A program made the translations under genes and the position numbers. A DNA stretch of 64,000 nt from Mytilus edulis (lineage: Eukaryota), in assembly GCF_963676685.1 (NCBI RefSeq), contig NC_092349.1:75970473-76034472 (forward strand). Reading direction: 5' to 3'. Positions 34,360 through 46,741 of the stretch are shown one piece after another (positions within the stretch are counted from its first letter, which is position 1; every line of letters begins with the position of its first letter). The notes below the pieces were generated by a model. The model was not told the DNA's origin and ran no database searches. It saw only the letters and a list, made by a program, of their open reading frames with translations.

Positions 34360-34985
34360 CTGCACTAAAACGTGTCAATAAGACAACTACATATATATGT
34401 AAGGACCAAAGTAAAAGATATATACAGATATAGATTCGTTTTAAATTAATTTTTTTTACTATACTAAAGAAATATAATAAAAAATGATTTACAAGGCATA
34501 CTAAAAAGAGGAAGTCTGTAAAAAACTGACAAAATCAAACGCTGTGTACGGAACAAGTTAATTCGAAACACAATTGCCATATTCCTACATTTTTGTAGCT
34601 TGGTACATAAATTCTAATTTAAAAAAATGGAGGTACAATGTCGCGTATGACTGTATGGATCTGTCATTTAATTTACAGTTGTGGCGTGGTCGTAAATTCG
34701 CGAATAATTCCTCTCAAACTGCCGTCTAAAAACTTGCAATGAGATAAAAGCTTAGTATGATAAATTAATTGTACATAAAAAATCGCTCTAAATGGATAGA
34801 TTGATTTATTGTTGGTTGCTTAACCTCTGGTGCTCTTTAAAAGAAAACGTTTGCATGGTAAAAGATACAAAATAATGTCTGAATAATTCCAAAGTTCCAC
34901 ATCAAACTCTATAATCGGAAGAAAACTATGATGTTCGTACATTTCCGAAGAGGGAATTTTCTGTTATACAAAATACCTAACTTAC

Positions 34986-35026
34986 CTTTGCCATTCGACC
35001 AACAAAATGAGGAAGATTCGTTTTTG
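34986..35026 (-). CDS. Micro-exon (41 nt) KTNLPHFVGRMAK of the transposase-like gene.
   Basis: Minus-strand acceptor tgttttcattgtag and donor AAG|GTAAGT. Its phases (1 in, 0 out) bridge the flanking exons exactly. Confidence 0.4.
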
Positions 35027-35476
35027 CTACAATGAAAACAAAATTTAAAGTTCATGTTATAAATAGGTAAAATTATGAAAAAAATAGGCAATCTGATAAA
35101 CTGTTTAAATTGTCATTTCAGTCATCCAAATTTGATTTAATAGAATAACATCACAGTTAAATTCCCATTTGGAATACAAAAAAAAAGCGGAAAAAAATAA
35201 TTCCTTATCGAATTCGTTTCATTAGTTTGAACAAAATAGAAAAGATTTTAACTTCAATGTTTTTTCTGTTCATTCCAGATCTTATTGGTTATGCCTTTAA
35301 AGTTATCAGATGCTCAAAGGCAATGAGAAATTGGCAAACTGAGTCAATAGTATATCGACTTATACAAAACTGACGCAATTTTAACTGACTTTTACAAAAA
35401 TGACCGACCATTAATCTTACGGTCGACTCATTTTTCTCTAAAAAGTCCAAATATTTAGCCGTAGATCATAACTTAC

Positions 35477-35568
35477 ACTGATCCATTCCATCTATAATTA
35501 AGCTTAAATATTGTGATGGGGATGTCTTTGCAGCGTTTTTCTTTGTGTAATAGTACTTTCTTTCTAAC
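35477..35568 (-). CDS. Transposase-like exon ...LERKYYYTKKNAAKTSPSQYLSLIIDGMDQ(S). It contains the probable first catalytic Asp (IIDGMDQSK).
   Basis: Minus-strand acceptor ctatttttgcag and donor CAGT|GTAAGT (acttac at 35471-35476 on the plus strand). It enters in phase 2, so at least one more 5' exon exists that I could not place. Confidence 0.45.
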
Positions 35569-36601
35569 CTGCAAAAATAGAAATTAAACATGTTAAAATA
35601 TTAGTTTGCTGTTCAGCTTGCTTCTAGTAGCAAGCAAAGTCCACAAATACAACCCGATAAATTGATTGTCAGATTTTAATTTTATTCATATTGTTAAATA
35701 TCAGCTGCTAGATACGATATGGAGCTTTTTGAATTCGTTTGCTGCGCTCACTCGACAAAAAACTTCTTATCGTGACCTGCAGCTTACCATTAATATACAG
35801 ACATTGTCAATGTAACACACAAACATAAACAACAGGACACGGTCGATAAATATTATTGGCTGTAGCTATAGTAAATTTATATTCTTCTATGTGTAGTATA
35901 TATTATAACTTGACTTTGATGTCATATTTATTAATTGCATATTTTATACATACATCTGTCTGCTATTGTGTTCTCTTCGTTCAGCTCGCAATTTTTCTCT
36001 CATCACTGGATCATGCGTGGTCTCTATCTGTCTTTCCAAACTTGTACATACTGTGCATTTCGAAAAGGAATTGGTCTGAAAGTGTAAATACAATTACAAT
36101 ACACATAGCATATACTGGCAAATGTTTGCGCTACATACCAATGACTAATTTGTAACTATTTTAGTTGCACTTTCACATCTACATATACGTAAGAAGTCTG
36201 AATTTATAAGTTAAATCCACAGTTAACGTTTTGCGAATAATCAAGTCAGTGGCGGATCCAGAAATTTCATAAGTGGGGGTCGACTGACTGCCTAAGAGGG
36301 GGCCAGCTCTGGTCATGCTTCAATGATTCCCTATATAATCAACCAAATTTTCCAAGAAAAGGGGGCCGCCTAAATCCGCCTCTGCATATACAATTATAGT
36401 GAAATTGGTTAATATTAAACTGTCCAAAATATGTCCTGGTTTACAGCATCACCTTTGTTTCATAATGTACCCCATATAATGGAATAACAATTATTGGTAC
36501 CATTTTTTTCACGCAAAGGAACATACACGTTTCAGACCTTATTTTTTTTAATATAAGTTTTAACTTGATTAAAGATTTGTGCCTAACTTGTTTGTTTTAA
36601 T

Positions 36602-37194
36602 TTATACCTTTTTGACTTTAAGATTGGGTAAATATTTTTTCCACATTCCGTAGAAGGCTGATGGCATTAAAAATTCTTCTGATCTTTCCTTCATATCTTC
36701 TTTATATCTTATATAAATCATGCACTGTCGTGTCCGATAAGGTAGTAAGAGTGTATTACAGTCGGGCATCCTGTCAACGTAATATGTAGCGTATTCTTCC
36801 AGCCAGTTTATAGCTTGGAGTGATTTTATGCTGGCACAGTAGTGTCTCTCCGATACAGAAAAACGTGCTCCTCCTATGAACTTTTTTCTATTAGAGTAAT
36901 AGAAATTTTTGTGAATTCCAAGCATTCTCATCAATGCCTTTGGACAAACGACATGTCCGTTCTGTATACGGAAGTATGGTGTATACTCCATATTAGTTTC
37001 AGAGAACTTTTTTAATAACCACTGGTTGCGACCATTTATTGTCTTTGACCAGAATTCCAATCGCATGTTTTTAACCTCCACAAGAGAGAATTTCTTCGTA
37101 CAAACTTTACTACAACAGCGCCTACATGACTTTAAATCCTTCTGAATACTTGCTACTTTTGTATGACGAGCAAGGAGACGACTTCTCTCTGGAT
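36602..37194 (-). CDS. Terminal exon of a second minus-strand gene: (H)PERSRLLARHTKVASIQKDLKSCRRCCSKVCTKKFSLVEVKNMRLEFWSKTINGRNQWLLKKFSETNMEYTPYFRIQNGHVVCPKALMRMLGIHKNFYY...KVKKV, running to the stop. It has a Cys-cluster (CRRCCSKVC) domain.
   Basis: The track shows an ORF at 36602-37081. The frame is open upstream to the minus-strand acceptor catttttgtag (ctacaa at 37195-37200 on the plus strand). The phase-1 entry matches the donor of exon 38509-39439. Confidence 0.55.
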
Positions 37195-37954
37195 CTACAA
37201 AAATGTGATATGATAGTTTTGTTAATAAACTAAAACACTAATTTTATGTATTTATTTGTTTTTATCTATTTTAAGCTCTCTTTGTTATTTTTCCCGCTTT
37301 ACTTAAAGCTATTTTTCCCGCTTTACTTAAAGCTATTTTTCCCGCTTTACTTAAAGCTATTTGATCATCAAACGTAATCAATCAATCTTATGTATTTGAA
37401 CATGCAATTAACCGTAAGTGTTTCAACCACATGTGATTTAATCAACTGACTAAAGAAAAGATTAACGAACAATATGTAACATATGAATACTGATAAAGAA
37501 CAATTGACCTTCACAAAATATCTCATGAACCTTTAAGACCATCAATTAACGTTAGCCATAATGAGCACTCATTGAAACATTATTCTCAAATCATGACAGA
37601 TTTTAATAGGATAGTACAAATCATTGCTCTTCTTTTAAAACACGAAAACAATACGCAATAAATTAAATGCGTCCGATGCATTTTTCTAGATTAACCTCCA
37701 CCAAGAACTCACAAAGCTTCGATGCATAAAAACGATACAGTTGAATAGCTATTTAATAAAAAAAAATCACTTAAAAATAATAGCCAAAATCCTTCAAATC
37801 CTTCAAACGCCAACTTTGCCTAAGGTAGTTGAAACGTTTCTAATTATGCTAGTAAACACCAAATTTTATTAAGGAAATTCACAACCATTTAATGTACTGA
37901 AATAAGTGTATTATCGTTTGTCGAGCAAAGGCAAGTCATATTTCTCTTTAGAAT

Positions 37955-38400
37955 GAAATTCAAAACAGTGTGGCTGTGGCTATTGATTGACACATTAAAT
38001 TCATCCATTGGCTGGGACAATTTAGGTGAACGTTTGTTTGTAACAACCACTGCTCACTATGTACTTTTTAAAGACACTTAAACTATTGGGTCACCAAAGG
38101 TTCTTCACCAAATGTTCTCAACACCTTAATAAAGTAATTCGAAAAATTAATCAGAAATAACACGATGTTTTGATTTATACCAATTATATAAATCAAAACA
38201 TAAAGGTTATTCCTGATTAATTTTTCGAATTATTTTATAAGTAAAGGCGTTAAGAAACCGTTGGTGACCCCACAGTTTAAATGTCTATCGTAGGTACGTC
38301 GTGAACAGTGGACGTTACAGACAAACGTTCACGTAAATTGTCCCAGTCAATGGATGAATTTAATGTGTCAATCAATGGCCACAGCCACACTGTTTTGAAT
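37955..38400. mobile_element. Near-perfect palindrome/foldback element of about 450 bp (cagtgtggctgtggc...gccacagccacactg) with a palindromic AT-rich centre. It sits in the intron of the 36602-39439 gene.
   Basis: 37960-38060 is the exact reverse complement of 38290-38395. The centre 38115-38240 is itself palindromic (taataaagtaattcgaaaaattaatcag...ctgattaatttttcgaattattttat). Confidence 0.85.
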
Positions 38401-38508
38401 GTCATTCTATATTACTTTCTAACTTATGGATAGAGAGTTGTCTCATTGGCACTCATACCACATCTTTCTATCTCTATTATGATAACAAACAAAAAAAAAA
38501 ACACTTAC

Positions 38509-39439
38509 GTGATTGCGATTCAAGCAAAGGTTTTGTTTCTTCTTGGGGAAATGTAGCTCTAACATCATGATACATTTCTGTCATACCAATTGATGCATCT
38601 GAATACACTGAAACATTTTCATTTATACTGCTTTCTGAGCGAGAACTAGCAAGATATGAAGTTCCTTCAAAACCAGAAGATAGTGACAGTATTTCGGTTG
38701 ATGCTAGATGAAGTGTTTCCGTATCATCTTCGTTGAATTCATAAGGCGACGAAGGGCAAATATTACATCTCAGTTTTGTGCTAATTTCTGAACCCATATA
38801 ACAAGAACTTTCATGTTCACTGCTGGAAATTCCGAACGTTGGTTCTAACTCGATTAAAGTTCTATTTACGGAATAATCAAACAGTCCAAAGTCATAATTA
38901 TCATCTGATATGTCTGCCACCCCACTAATCACTGGTATTTTTCTTGGTGTACTGGTCATTAAAGCTTTGTTTGGCGATTTTAATGTTGTGTCATAATTTA
39001 CTGCATACTCTTCAAATGACTCTAATGTTTTTGTTTCTAGAATCAACGACAGGCTGGATTCAGCAGTGTTGCTTAAGTCTCCAAAACAATATGAATCAGA
39101 CTGTCCAAGATTATGTAAATCAGAATCTCCAAGATTATACGAATCCCCTAAATTATGTAGCTCCGACAATGAATCTCCTAAATTTACCCCGTGTTTTTCG
39201 GTATAATTTAAACACACTACTGAGTTTTCCGCTGATTCTAAAAAATGAGAACCGACAAGATTAATTGAATTTACAAATGTATATTCATCAGTAGCGCTCG
39301 ATGCATCAGCGAAAACAGTCACATCGTTCAATCGATTATTATGAGCATAAACTAAAAGTGACAATGGATATTTGTAGCCGTATTTTATTCGCTGAACTCC
39401 GGCAGTTTGTGTTGTGTTTCTGTTTTCATGTATACCCAC
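38509..39439 (-). CDS. Exon encoding a Ser/Asp/Asn-rich low-complexity protein segment (…NLGDSYNLGDSDLHNLGQSDSY…SSEHESSCYMGSEISTKLRCNICPSSPYEF…PLLESQS). The 5' boundary is undefined.
   Basis: The track shows an ORF at 38477-39439 on the minus strand (alternative GTG start, no clear ATG). A canonical minus-strand donor TCAC|GTAAGT (acttac at 38502-38507 on the plus strand) gives a phase-1 end that joins exon 36602-37194 in frame. Confidence 0.5.
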
Positions 39440-41271
39440 GATCTCTTATACTCGTATATATATTCATACGGTTAAAATCAGAAAGCTGATGAAGCCTTGT
39501 AACGTATGAATATTGAATAGACTAAGTGATAAAATTAATATATATATACTGCATACATATAGTGTAAACGTTTTGAAACTGTATTGCATGACTGTTTTAC
39601 TATTGATAGTTTTGAATTCTTTACGTTTTACTTTACGTAAATGAGTGTAGGGCAAAAAAAAAAGGGGGGGGGGGTCCTCTGCGCTACAATGTATCAATCA
39701 AAATTTATCTTCTTCAAAATTCAATAATGAATATAAGCTATGAGGGAAATCAGATGGATTTAAATTAATTTTTGTTGTCAACGGCCTCACACAAAAAAAA
39801 TCAATCAAATTTGGGATCAGCATATATTTTTTAGGAAAACAAATCATAATCCCCTCCCCTTTGAAGTTTAATGGTCGTTCTCTAATTTTGGTGCTATTTT
39901 CACATTTCCTGACCGGTGTGAGAAAAAAAAATTCTCCTCACTATTGAAAAATCTGTTCTCGGCAAATGATTGGTTGAAAAGTTAATTGTGACGTTTTCTT
40001 CTTAATTTAACATACACAATTCAATTGAATGTCTTATTTAAGTCTCATCCCTCAACAAGTACATGTAAATAAATACATTGTAACTTGAACTAACACTAAA
40101 TAAATTGAGAGCCATTATCAGAGACTATAACATGCTTAGATATAATACACTAAACAATATGAAATAAAATACTATTTACACATGTACATACGGAGAGTGA
40201 AATCACTTTATATAATAATATCCATTATTCAGATGACGATAGGTCATAAGTTGGAAATAAGTACCGACTGTATACCATAGCAAAAAAGAAATTAAAAAAC
40301 AAACAACTACCAACTAATTTAAAACACTACATGGAAAATACGGAAATGGGGGTTAGCAATACGAGCGCATTAAAAAAAATCTTATCGCATGTGCTGGAAT
40401 ATAGAAAAAAAAGTAACTGTAGGTCTGAATAAATTACCTATTTTTTTTTTTTTTTATTTATTTAGAGTTGTCGTCTTGCTTTATTTATACAATATTATAT
40501 AGGCTTATTAAACAGTTGTTACAGTATAGCTAAAACAAATAGCAAAGAAACAATCACCACTGCTTAAGACGTAATCCCACTGAATGTGTGGATCGTAGCT
40601 TTTAAGTTATGCAATGTCCAGATAAAATGTTACAGAATCTGCGCCCCGTGGTGAAAATTGCCGTAAAAGTAATGTATGTATACTAAGTATTCCGATCTAT
40701 AACGAAAAATCTCACCCGCGATCACATCCTCAAAGCAAGAAAACACTTACATGTAATGCGATTAGCTCTCCAATTATAACATTTAGGAGGATTAATACGT
40801 TACTATTAACAGGATTATATTAAAGTCTGTTTTGTGAAAATTCGTAACTTGATAAACTTGTCTAAGTGGTTTTTTATTAGATGTCCGCTCCTGACCCCAT
40901 ACTTTTGAAATTTATCATTTGATATCAGTCCTGTGACTGAAAACAAGCTCAGCGTCACAGGCCGTAGGAAATTGTATATGGAACGTCGAAAATAGGATAG
41001 GAAGGTACAAACATGTACAGTTCCCATGAAATTTTTTTTGTATATATAAAAAAACAAAGGAAACATTTTAGTCTTGCTACCCACGTGTAACTAGCAAATC
41101 GATGTTTATCCTCAAGAATACCAGATTAACCTTTATTTGATTTATTAGGTTAATAAGGTCCACTAATTTTCCCTTATCTACTAAATATTAAAGCATACCC
41201 AAAGAAAAGTGATATATACTGTATGATCTGTCTGCATTGAATATGTTAAATTCATTAAAAAGGAGTGAAAG

Positions 41272-41470
41272 ATATAATCACAACAATAAATCATAATAAA
41301 AGAAGATGCGGTATAATTACAAAAAAGGCATTTCTCCGCAAGAGACCAAATTACACAGACATTAACCACTATATGTCACCATACGGCCTTCAACAAGACA
41401 AATGTTAATAAGTTCAAACGAGAACACTAACGGCGTAATTTATGTACAAAATAAGGATCGAACAAAATAA
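41272..41470 (+). repeat. Diverged family A SINE/MITE-like copy.
   Basis: gaagatgcggtataattac...tatgtcaccatacggccttcaacaag...caaacgagaacactaacggcgtaatttatgtac. Confidence 0.55.
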
Positions 41471-42067
41471 TATGTAAAACAGCAACAAACGACAACGTTA
41501 CCACTGAATTACAGGTTCACGAATAGGGACAGGCAATTTTAGAATGTGACCGAACCAAGTATATATAAGCGAACGCCTTACACCCCTCTTTTTTCTGTAG
41601 AGTATACATTCGGTTTTTTAAAAAAAACCGCCAATAACTACCCAAATGTATCTTGAAGTCTTTGATCATGAATATTTAAAACATTTTAATTATAATAATA
41701 TATGTGAACCTCTATATCTTTGAATTAATCATTTTTTTTTTTATTTTTTTAAAGATATGAATATTTCAAATTGACTTACCTCTGAAACTGGGTTGCAGTT
41801 CTCTCTTATATTCGTCTTGACACCATTCAAAGTTTGAACAGATAACAACACGCTTAAACACAAAGCCGATAAAAAAATACAGCAGTCCATTATGTTCTAA
41901 TTGGAAAGTAAGAAACACATGGTTTAAAAATATACATGTAAAAAATGCGCACGTGTCTAGCAGGCGTGGCTTCGCAATGCGATTAAATATAACCAGTGGT
42001 GTGACATTGTAGCAGTCCACTATTTTTTTTCTTCTAAATCGAGATCAAACGGTCATATTACGCAATA

Positions 42068-42190
42068 ATGTCGGGTTCAGAGAGATGGAAAATCATGATT
42101 GAAAACGGAAGACTTTGTGTAGAGGAAAATGGTAGATATTTTGAGGACATCGACAATGTTGGAACAACAAGAGAATTTGGAATTATCAAG
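42068..42190 (+). CDS. First coding exon (ATG at 42068): MSGSERWKIMIENGRLCVEENGRYFEDIDNVGTTREFGIIK.
   Basis: An ATG followed by an open frame ending at donor AAG|GTGACT (GT 42191-42192). Phase 0 joins the next exon. Confidence 0.6.
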
Positions 42191-42926
42191 GTGACTATAT
42201 AAACATTTTAGTAATTTACAATTTTATTTGGTCAATTGTGGATAAGAAAAGCCATCGGAAAAAAAACTACAAGCTCAACAAACTTGTATTGAATGCAAAT
42301 AAAAATATTCAAATCAAAATAATACATAAAAGTAAAGAGATACTTTTAAGTATAGAGTAGATAACTTTCTATTAAAAGTTGCATTTAACTTATATTAAGG
42401 ACGTCACTAACACAATTAGTGTACTACATGTATACTATTGTTTCTTAACACATTGTTTTGGAGTTGTAAACATAGGAAACTCTAAAAATATAAACTGAAA
42501 TAGTAAAACTGTTTTCTTCTTCTGTATTGAACATTGTTGAATTACATCTTCAAATGTTAGGGCAAGTACATTTAGATTTTGAATTCCTTGACATCATGTC
42601 AGTGTTTTAAACAAAATCATTGATTGATCTTGTACATCTCTCTACATAAATATCTCAACTCTCGTTTTCAGAATGAAGTTTACTTTTATTAATGTTAATC
42701 CATCAATAAGCTGCATATTCTTTATTACATTTACTCTTGTGAAGTAACAACTGTTCATTTTATTGTGGAACGGTCATACAATTCACATTTGTTTTTATTT
42801 TAGACTTAACACATTATCAATCAATACATGTATATTAGTTTTCGTCAATACAGAAATACGACTGTTGGCTTCATGTTCAATGTCTGTCAACGTTCACAAA
42901 AACATGATGTTTTCTTATAATTTAAG

Positions 42927-43047
42927 GTTACATATGAATCTGGAAAAGCAAAAATGTATAGTTTGAAAAACTTATGCGAAGGTCTTGGTTTTGGGCCAGC
43001 TGTCAAGACTCGTTCAGGTTTTATGAAAATATGGAACTCCTTGAAAG
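42927..43047 (+). CDS. Exon VTYESGKAKMYSLKNLCEGLGFGPAVKTRSGFMKIWNSLK(G).
   Basis: Acceptor ttataatttaag (AG 42925-42926) and donor AAAG|GTGAGA (GT 43048-43049). Only one frame is open and the phases are consistent. Confidence 0.6.
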
Positions 43048-44180
43048 GTGAGAAATGTATTTAAAATGTGTGTGTTGTTCTTGTATCATGAGTACATAGT
43101 ATGTGTATGAGTATTTGCTTCTCTTGCATTCGTCACAACTCGGCCGATTCCGTACCTCCATCTAAAGATAGAAGGAGAGTAGCGGTAACTCCGAGGATTG
43201 CCAACTGCTACTCTTGATTTTGACATTTTGTCCGATATTCGGAATCCTCTAGTTTTATCCATGTAGTACCAATAAAAAAAAAAATACACTACCAACCCTT
43301 ATTTTTTTATTCATATTTTTATTACATATAGTTAAACTAGTCATTCATGAAAATCTTATACAATTCTTGTTATTTTTTCATAGTGTTTGAAAGAAAAAAA
43401 GGTACCAATTTTAAATGTGTGAGCATTCTAAGAGAGAATCATTTCCCGCAAAATTTTCAATTGATTATATCTTAAAAACAAAGTCGCGGACCTATTATTT
43501 TTTCCTGCTTTTTAGCCTAGGTTCAGTTATTAATATACTATCAATTTATACCAGTTGATCAAAAAGCTAGTTATTGTCAAAAAGAGAAGCGAACATCCTT
43601 AATCAAACTAAGGCCTTAGTTGCTGTCGTATATATTTTAAACATTGAATTTTTGGCGATGTCAAGAGGCTGATATTGTTTTTAAAAAAATGACTACCATG
43701 AACAAACATTGATAATACCGTATTTCCATGACTAGTAATCCTCGCTCCAAACTCCACTGGACCTCCTACGGCACCCGCTGGTACTTGTAGTTAAATATTT
43801 GATTGTATTCAACAAATTAATTTATGAACTGCATGTACGTGACGCTTATATACCAAATGGTCAATATTAATCATCCGTGTTATTTGCTCTATGGGATGTT
43901 TGTAAAATTTCAACGGAGGCAATGTCTTGGCATGATAATATCAATGAGCTTTTATTCGTATATTTGTCAAGTCTTTGTATGTGTTTTATTTCGTGATAGG
44001 AGGGGGAAAAGAAAAAAAGGTAAAAGGGGGTGGGTTATTGGCTGTCTTTGCCTACAACAATGTACTAGTGGGGTGCGTGTGAGTGCTTTTCTGTGTTTAT
44101 TTGTCCAATTGGACTTGTCGTTTTTTTTACTGAAGAATATAACTGTAGCAAACAAGTTTTAACTATATAATTTTTTACAG

Positions 44181-44264
44181 CAAACGTAGACAATTATCAG
44201 CTACAGACATCTTCAACAGATAACATTGATCAGCCGGAGAACCAAGTTAATATGAATATTTCAG
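44181..44264 (+). CDS. Exon ANVDNYQLQTSSTDNIDQPENQVNMNIS (phase 1 in and phase 1 out).
   Basis: Acceptor ttttttacag and donor TCAG|GTAGAT. Only the phase-1 frame is open, matching the phase of the previous exon. Confidence 0.6.
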
Positions 44265-44692
44265 GTAGATGTGATTCTTTTAATACATATTTGATATTTA
44301 CACACGCTTTCGTGAAATCAAGTTACTAAAGTAATCCATAAATATGATAAAATTCGGATTGAAAAACTCTTACCATAACCAATAATATTAATTCATATTT
44401 TTGCAATAACCCTATAATATTAATTCATATTTTATAAATAAAAGAAGTTATAGTATACTAGTATGCGTATGTGAGATGACAAGTAACGATTCTAGAGGTT
44501 CTATTATCGCCGTATTACATTTACGAATATTTTTTTTTAAATTGCATCTTCGCTTTTCTGCACAAACCCCCATAATACATGTACAATGTTCAAAAGGGGG
44601 GGGGGGGGCTGTATCCGTACAATCTTCAACAATAATGGACAGGCCGGCTATACGGACAAAAGTGCAATCATTAAAAAGACGAGGTACATTTG

Positions 44693-45243
44693 TACGATAA
44701 GGCCCGTTTTTTGGCCCCTCCCCCTATTTTCTTATTTTTCAAAAACTGTTTTGGAAAGCTTGTTATCACGTTGACGTTTGTTTGGATGAACTTCAAAACC
44801 ATTAATTTTAGAAAATGGTTGAGATTACTGGGTTAAAAAGGTATCAAAAACGCCAAATGATTCTTTGGCATTGTTTCTATAAAAAATCTAACACGCGCCG
44901 GAGAAAATAATGGCGATTTAGACAGCAAAAACTGTTATGACATGACATTGGAATTAAAAAAAATCCTGTGCCACGTTGGCGCAGGCACCTAAAAACTAAA
45001 AATTCGTTGTACGGAAGACCTGCAATTTTAAGTGAATGATAATTACAATATTTGAATTATAAAAGGAAGTTTACTCACTCACCTTACCCAGTTGCTAGTA
45101 TTAGTGGTTTTGAAGTTCATCCAAACAAACATTCAAACCTCAGGGAATATTCTAACATAAGACGTAGCTTTCTAAAACAGAATTTGAAAAATGAGAAAAT
45201 AGGGGGGCCAAAAACAGGCCTTATCGTACCAGAATTTCCAGTT
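44693..45243. mobile_element. Foldback element: ~120-bp inverted repeats (44693-44800 and 45105-45243) around a ~300-bp spacer. It lies in an intron of the 42068 gene.
   Basis: gtacgataaggcccgttttttggcccctccccctattttcttatttttcaaaaactgttttggaaagc...gtttggatgaacttc reappears reverse-complemented at 45105-45243. Confidence 0.75.
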
Positions 45244-45584
45244 TTCCTGCCACACCGACTTCTTGCAACAGAGATTGTTTTTGTTTCTGTTATAATTAAG
45301 AGTTTGTTTTTTTTACTATTCACTGAATCATAATATGAGTCATGTGGTCAATTTTATTCGTTGAACTTAGTTCTAAAGCATAAAACATGACGCGGACGTT
45401 ATGATTTTGTTCGAGTATCCGGACAAAAATGATACAAGAAATTTGGTATCTGTTGAAGATTTTTTTTTTTACAAAACATACATTAAAATTAACATTATAA
45501 TAATTGTGTTTGCAAAGTTCCATTCTTTTGTTGTGACAAATACGAAACATCTAATTCAAGATAATGCTTTTTTTCTGTGAATAG

Positions 45585-45716
45585 ATGTACCAGGAGGGGA
45601 GGATTTAACCAGCACTGACGACAATGTAAACACATTGGATAATGTGCAAAGAAAATCCTCGACGCAAAAATCACCAGTCCAAAAGAAATTATTGTCACCA
45701 ATGGACAGTTCTGAAG
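45585..45716 (+). CDS. Exon DVPGGEDLTSTDDNVNTLDNVQRKSSTQKSPVQKKLLSPMDSSE (phase 1/1).
   Basis: Acceptor ttttttctgtgaatag and donor GAAG|GTATTT. The other two frames carry stops. Confidence 0.65.
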
Positions 45717-45980
45717 GTATTTTTTTAATCCTCCTTCTTGCAAACAATTGATCTGCTGCTTCGTAATACTAGTCATGTGAATTCGGCAAACAAAAATCAA
45801 TAGTAAATAAGATATGTATGCAAGTAATATAAAATCTATTGCACTTAATATATATGCTTTTACAATAAAACTGGAAGAGACCAAGAACAAGTTAAAAATG
45901 TTAATGAAAATTATTTACTATTTGAATAAAAACCATAATTACGATGCGAAAATTTTATGTATATTTTTCTTTTGCAACAG

Positions 45981-46112
45981 ATGCATCGACAGTTGAAGAT
46001 ATTCTAGGACGTAGCGTGGGTTCTTGCACTGAAGCGCACATAAATACAGAAGACGCTTCCGATAGCACACCAGTTACAGTGGAGCAGTCAATTTTGGACG
46101 ATTATTTAATAG
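45981..46112 (+). CDS. Exon DASTVEDILGRSVGSCTEAHINTEDASDSTPVTVEQSILDDYLI (phase 1/1).
   Basis: Acceptor ttttcttttgcaacag and donor ATAG|GTATGA. Only the phase-1 frame is open. Confidence 0.65.
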
Positions 46113-46194
46113 GTATGATATACCATCTTCATTCTCTTAATAGGCGCTACTCATGGTATGAAGTATAGAAACTTTTAATATTAACTTTTATACT

Positions 46195-46302
46195 GACTAT
46201 ATGTTGAAGGCCGTATGGTGACCTATTATATTTGTTAATTTGTGTCATTCGGTCTCTTGTGGAGGGTTGTCTCATTGGTTATCATACCACATCTTCTTTT
46301 TT
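46195..46302 (-). repeat. Family A SINE/MITE-like copy (reverse orientation) in an intron.
   Basis: ...gttgaaggccgtatggtgacctat...gttgtctcattggttatcataccacatcttc. Confidence 0.7.
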
Positions 46303-46741
46303 TATACTTGTCTGTTATTTTGACATCGCCAAACATGTTTTATCTCTAGTTGCTGTTTTTGTTTAATGACCATTTAAGAAAAATAATGTGCAAGTCTTAG
46401 TTTTGAACAAACTTGGGGATCGAACACACGATTACAAGGATCACTTCCAGAGGCAAGTTCTCCGAGGATGTTATTTTTTTTTATTGCATATACGGGTACT
46501 GGAAACTATAACCATATCAACTTCAGAAATATTACTTTTACATCAAATGTTCAAACACTTGCTCATTAAGTGAACAACATATTTTTTTTTATATATTTTG
46601 AACTCGAAAAATTACAGCGCCCCCTTACGGTCATTGTCCTCCTGAAGTGATCAAAGTGATCGTAATATAACGACTGGATTATTCGGGTTATTTGAATTGT
46701 TGATTTTCCATTCTAAAGTGATAGCATTTGTTTTCTTTTAG

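Noticed and set aside
26941-42068. A search for further clathrin exons ([27 protein letters not shown]... onward) on the plus strand.
   Set aside because: None found. The interval is occupied by transposon remnants and minus-strand genes. Reported as a finding (truncated CLTC) rather than as features.
45495-45890. A 131-aa minus-strand ORF.
   Set aside because: It overlaps, in antisense, the well-supported plus-strand exon 45585-45716 and adjacent intron, and has no splice or start support.
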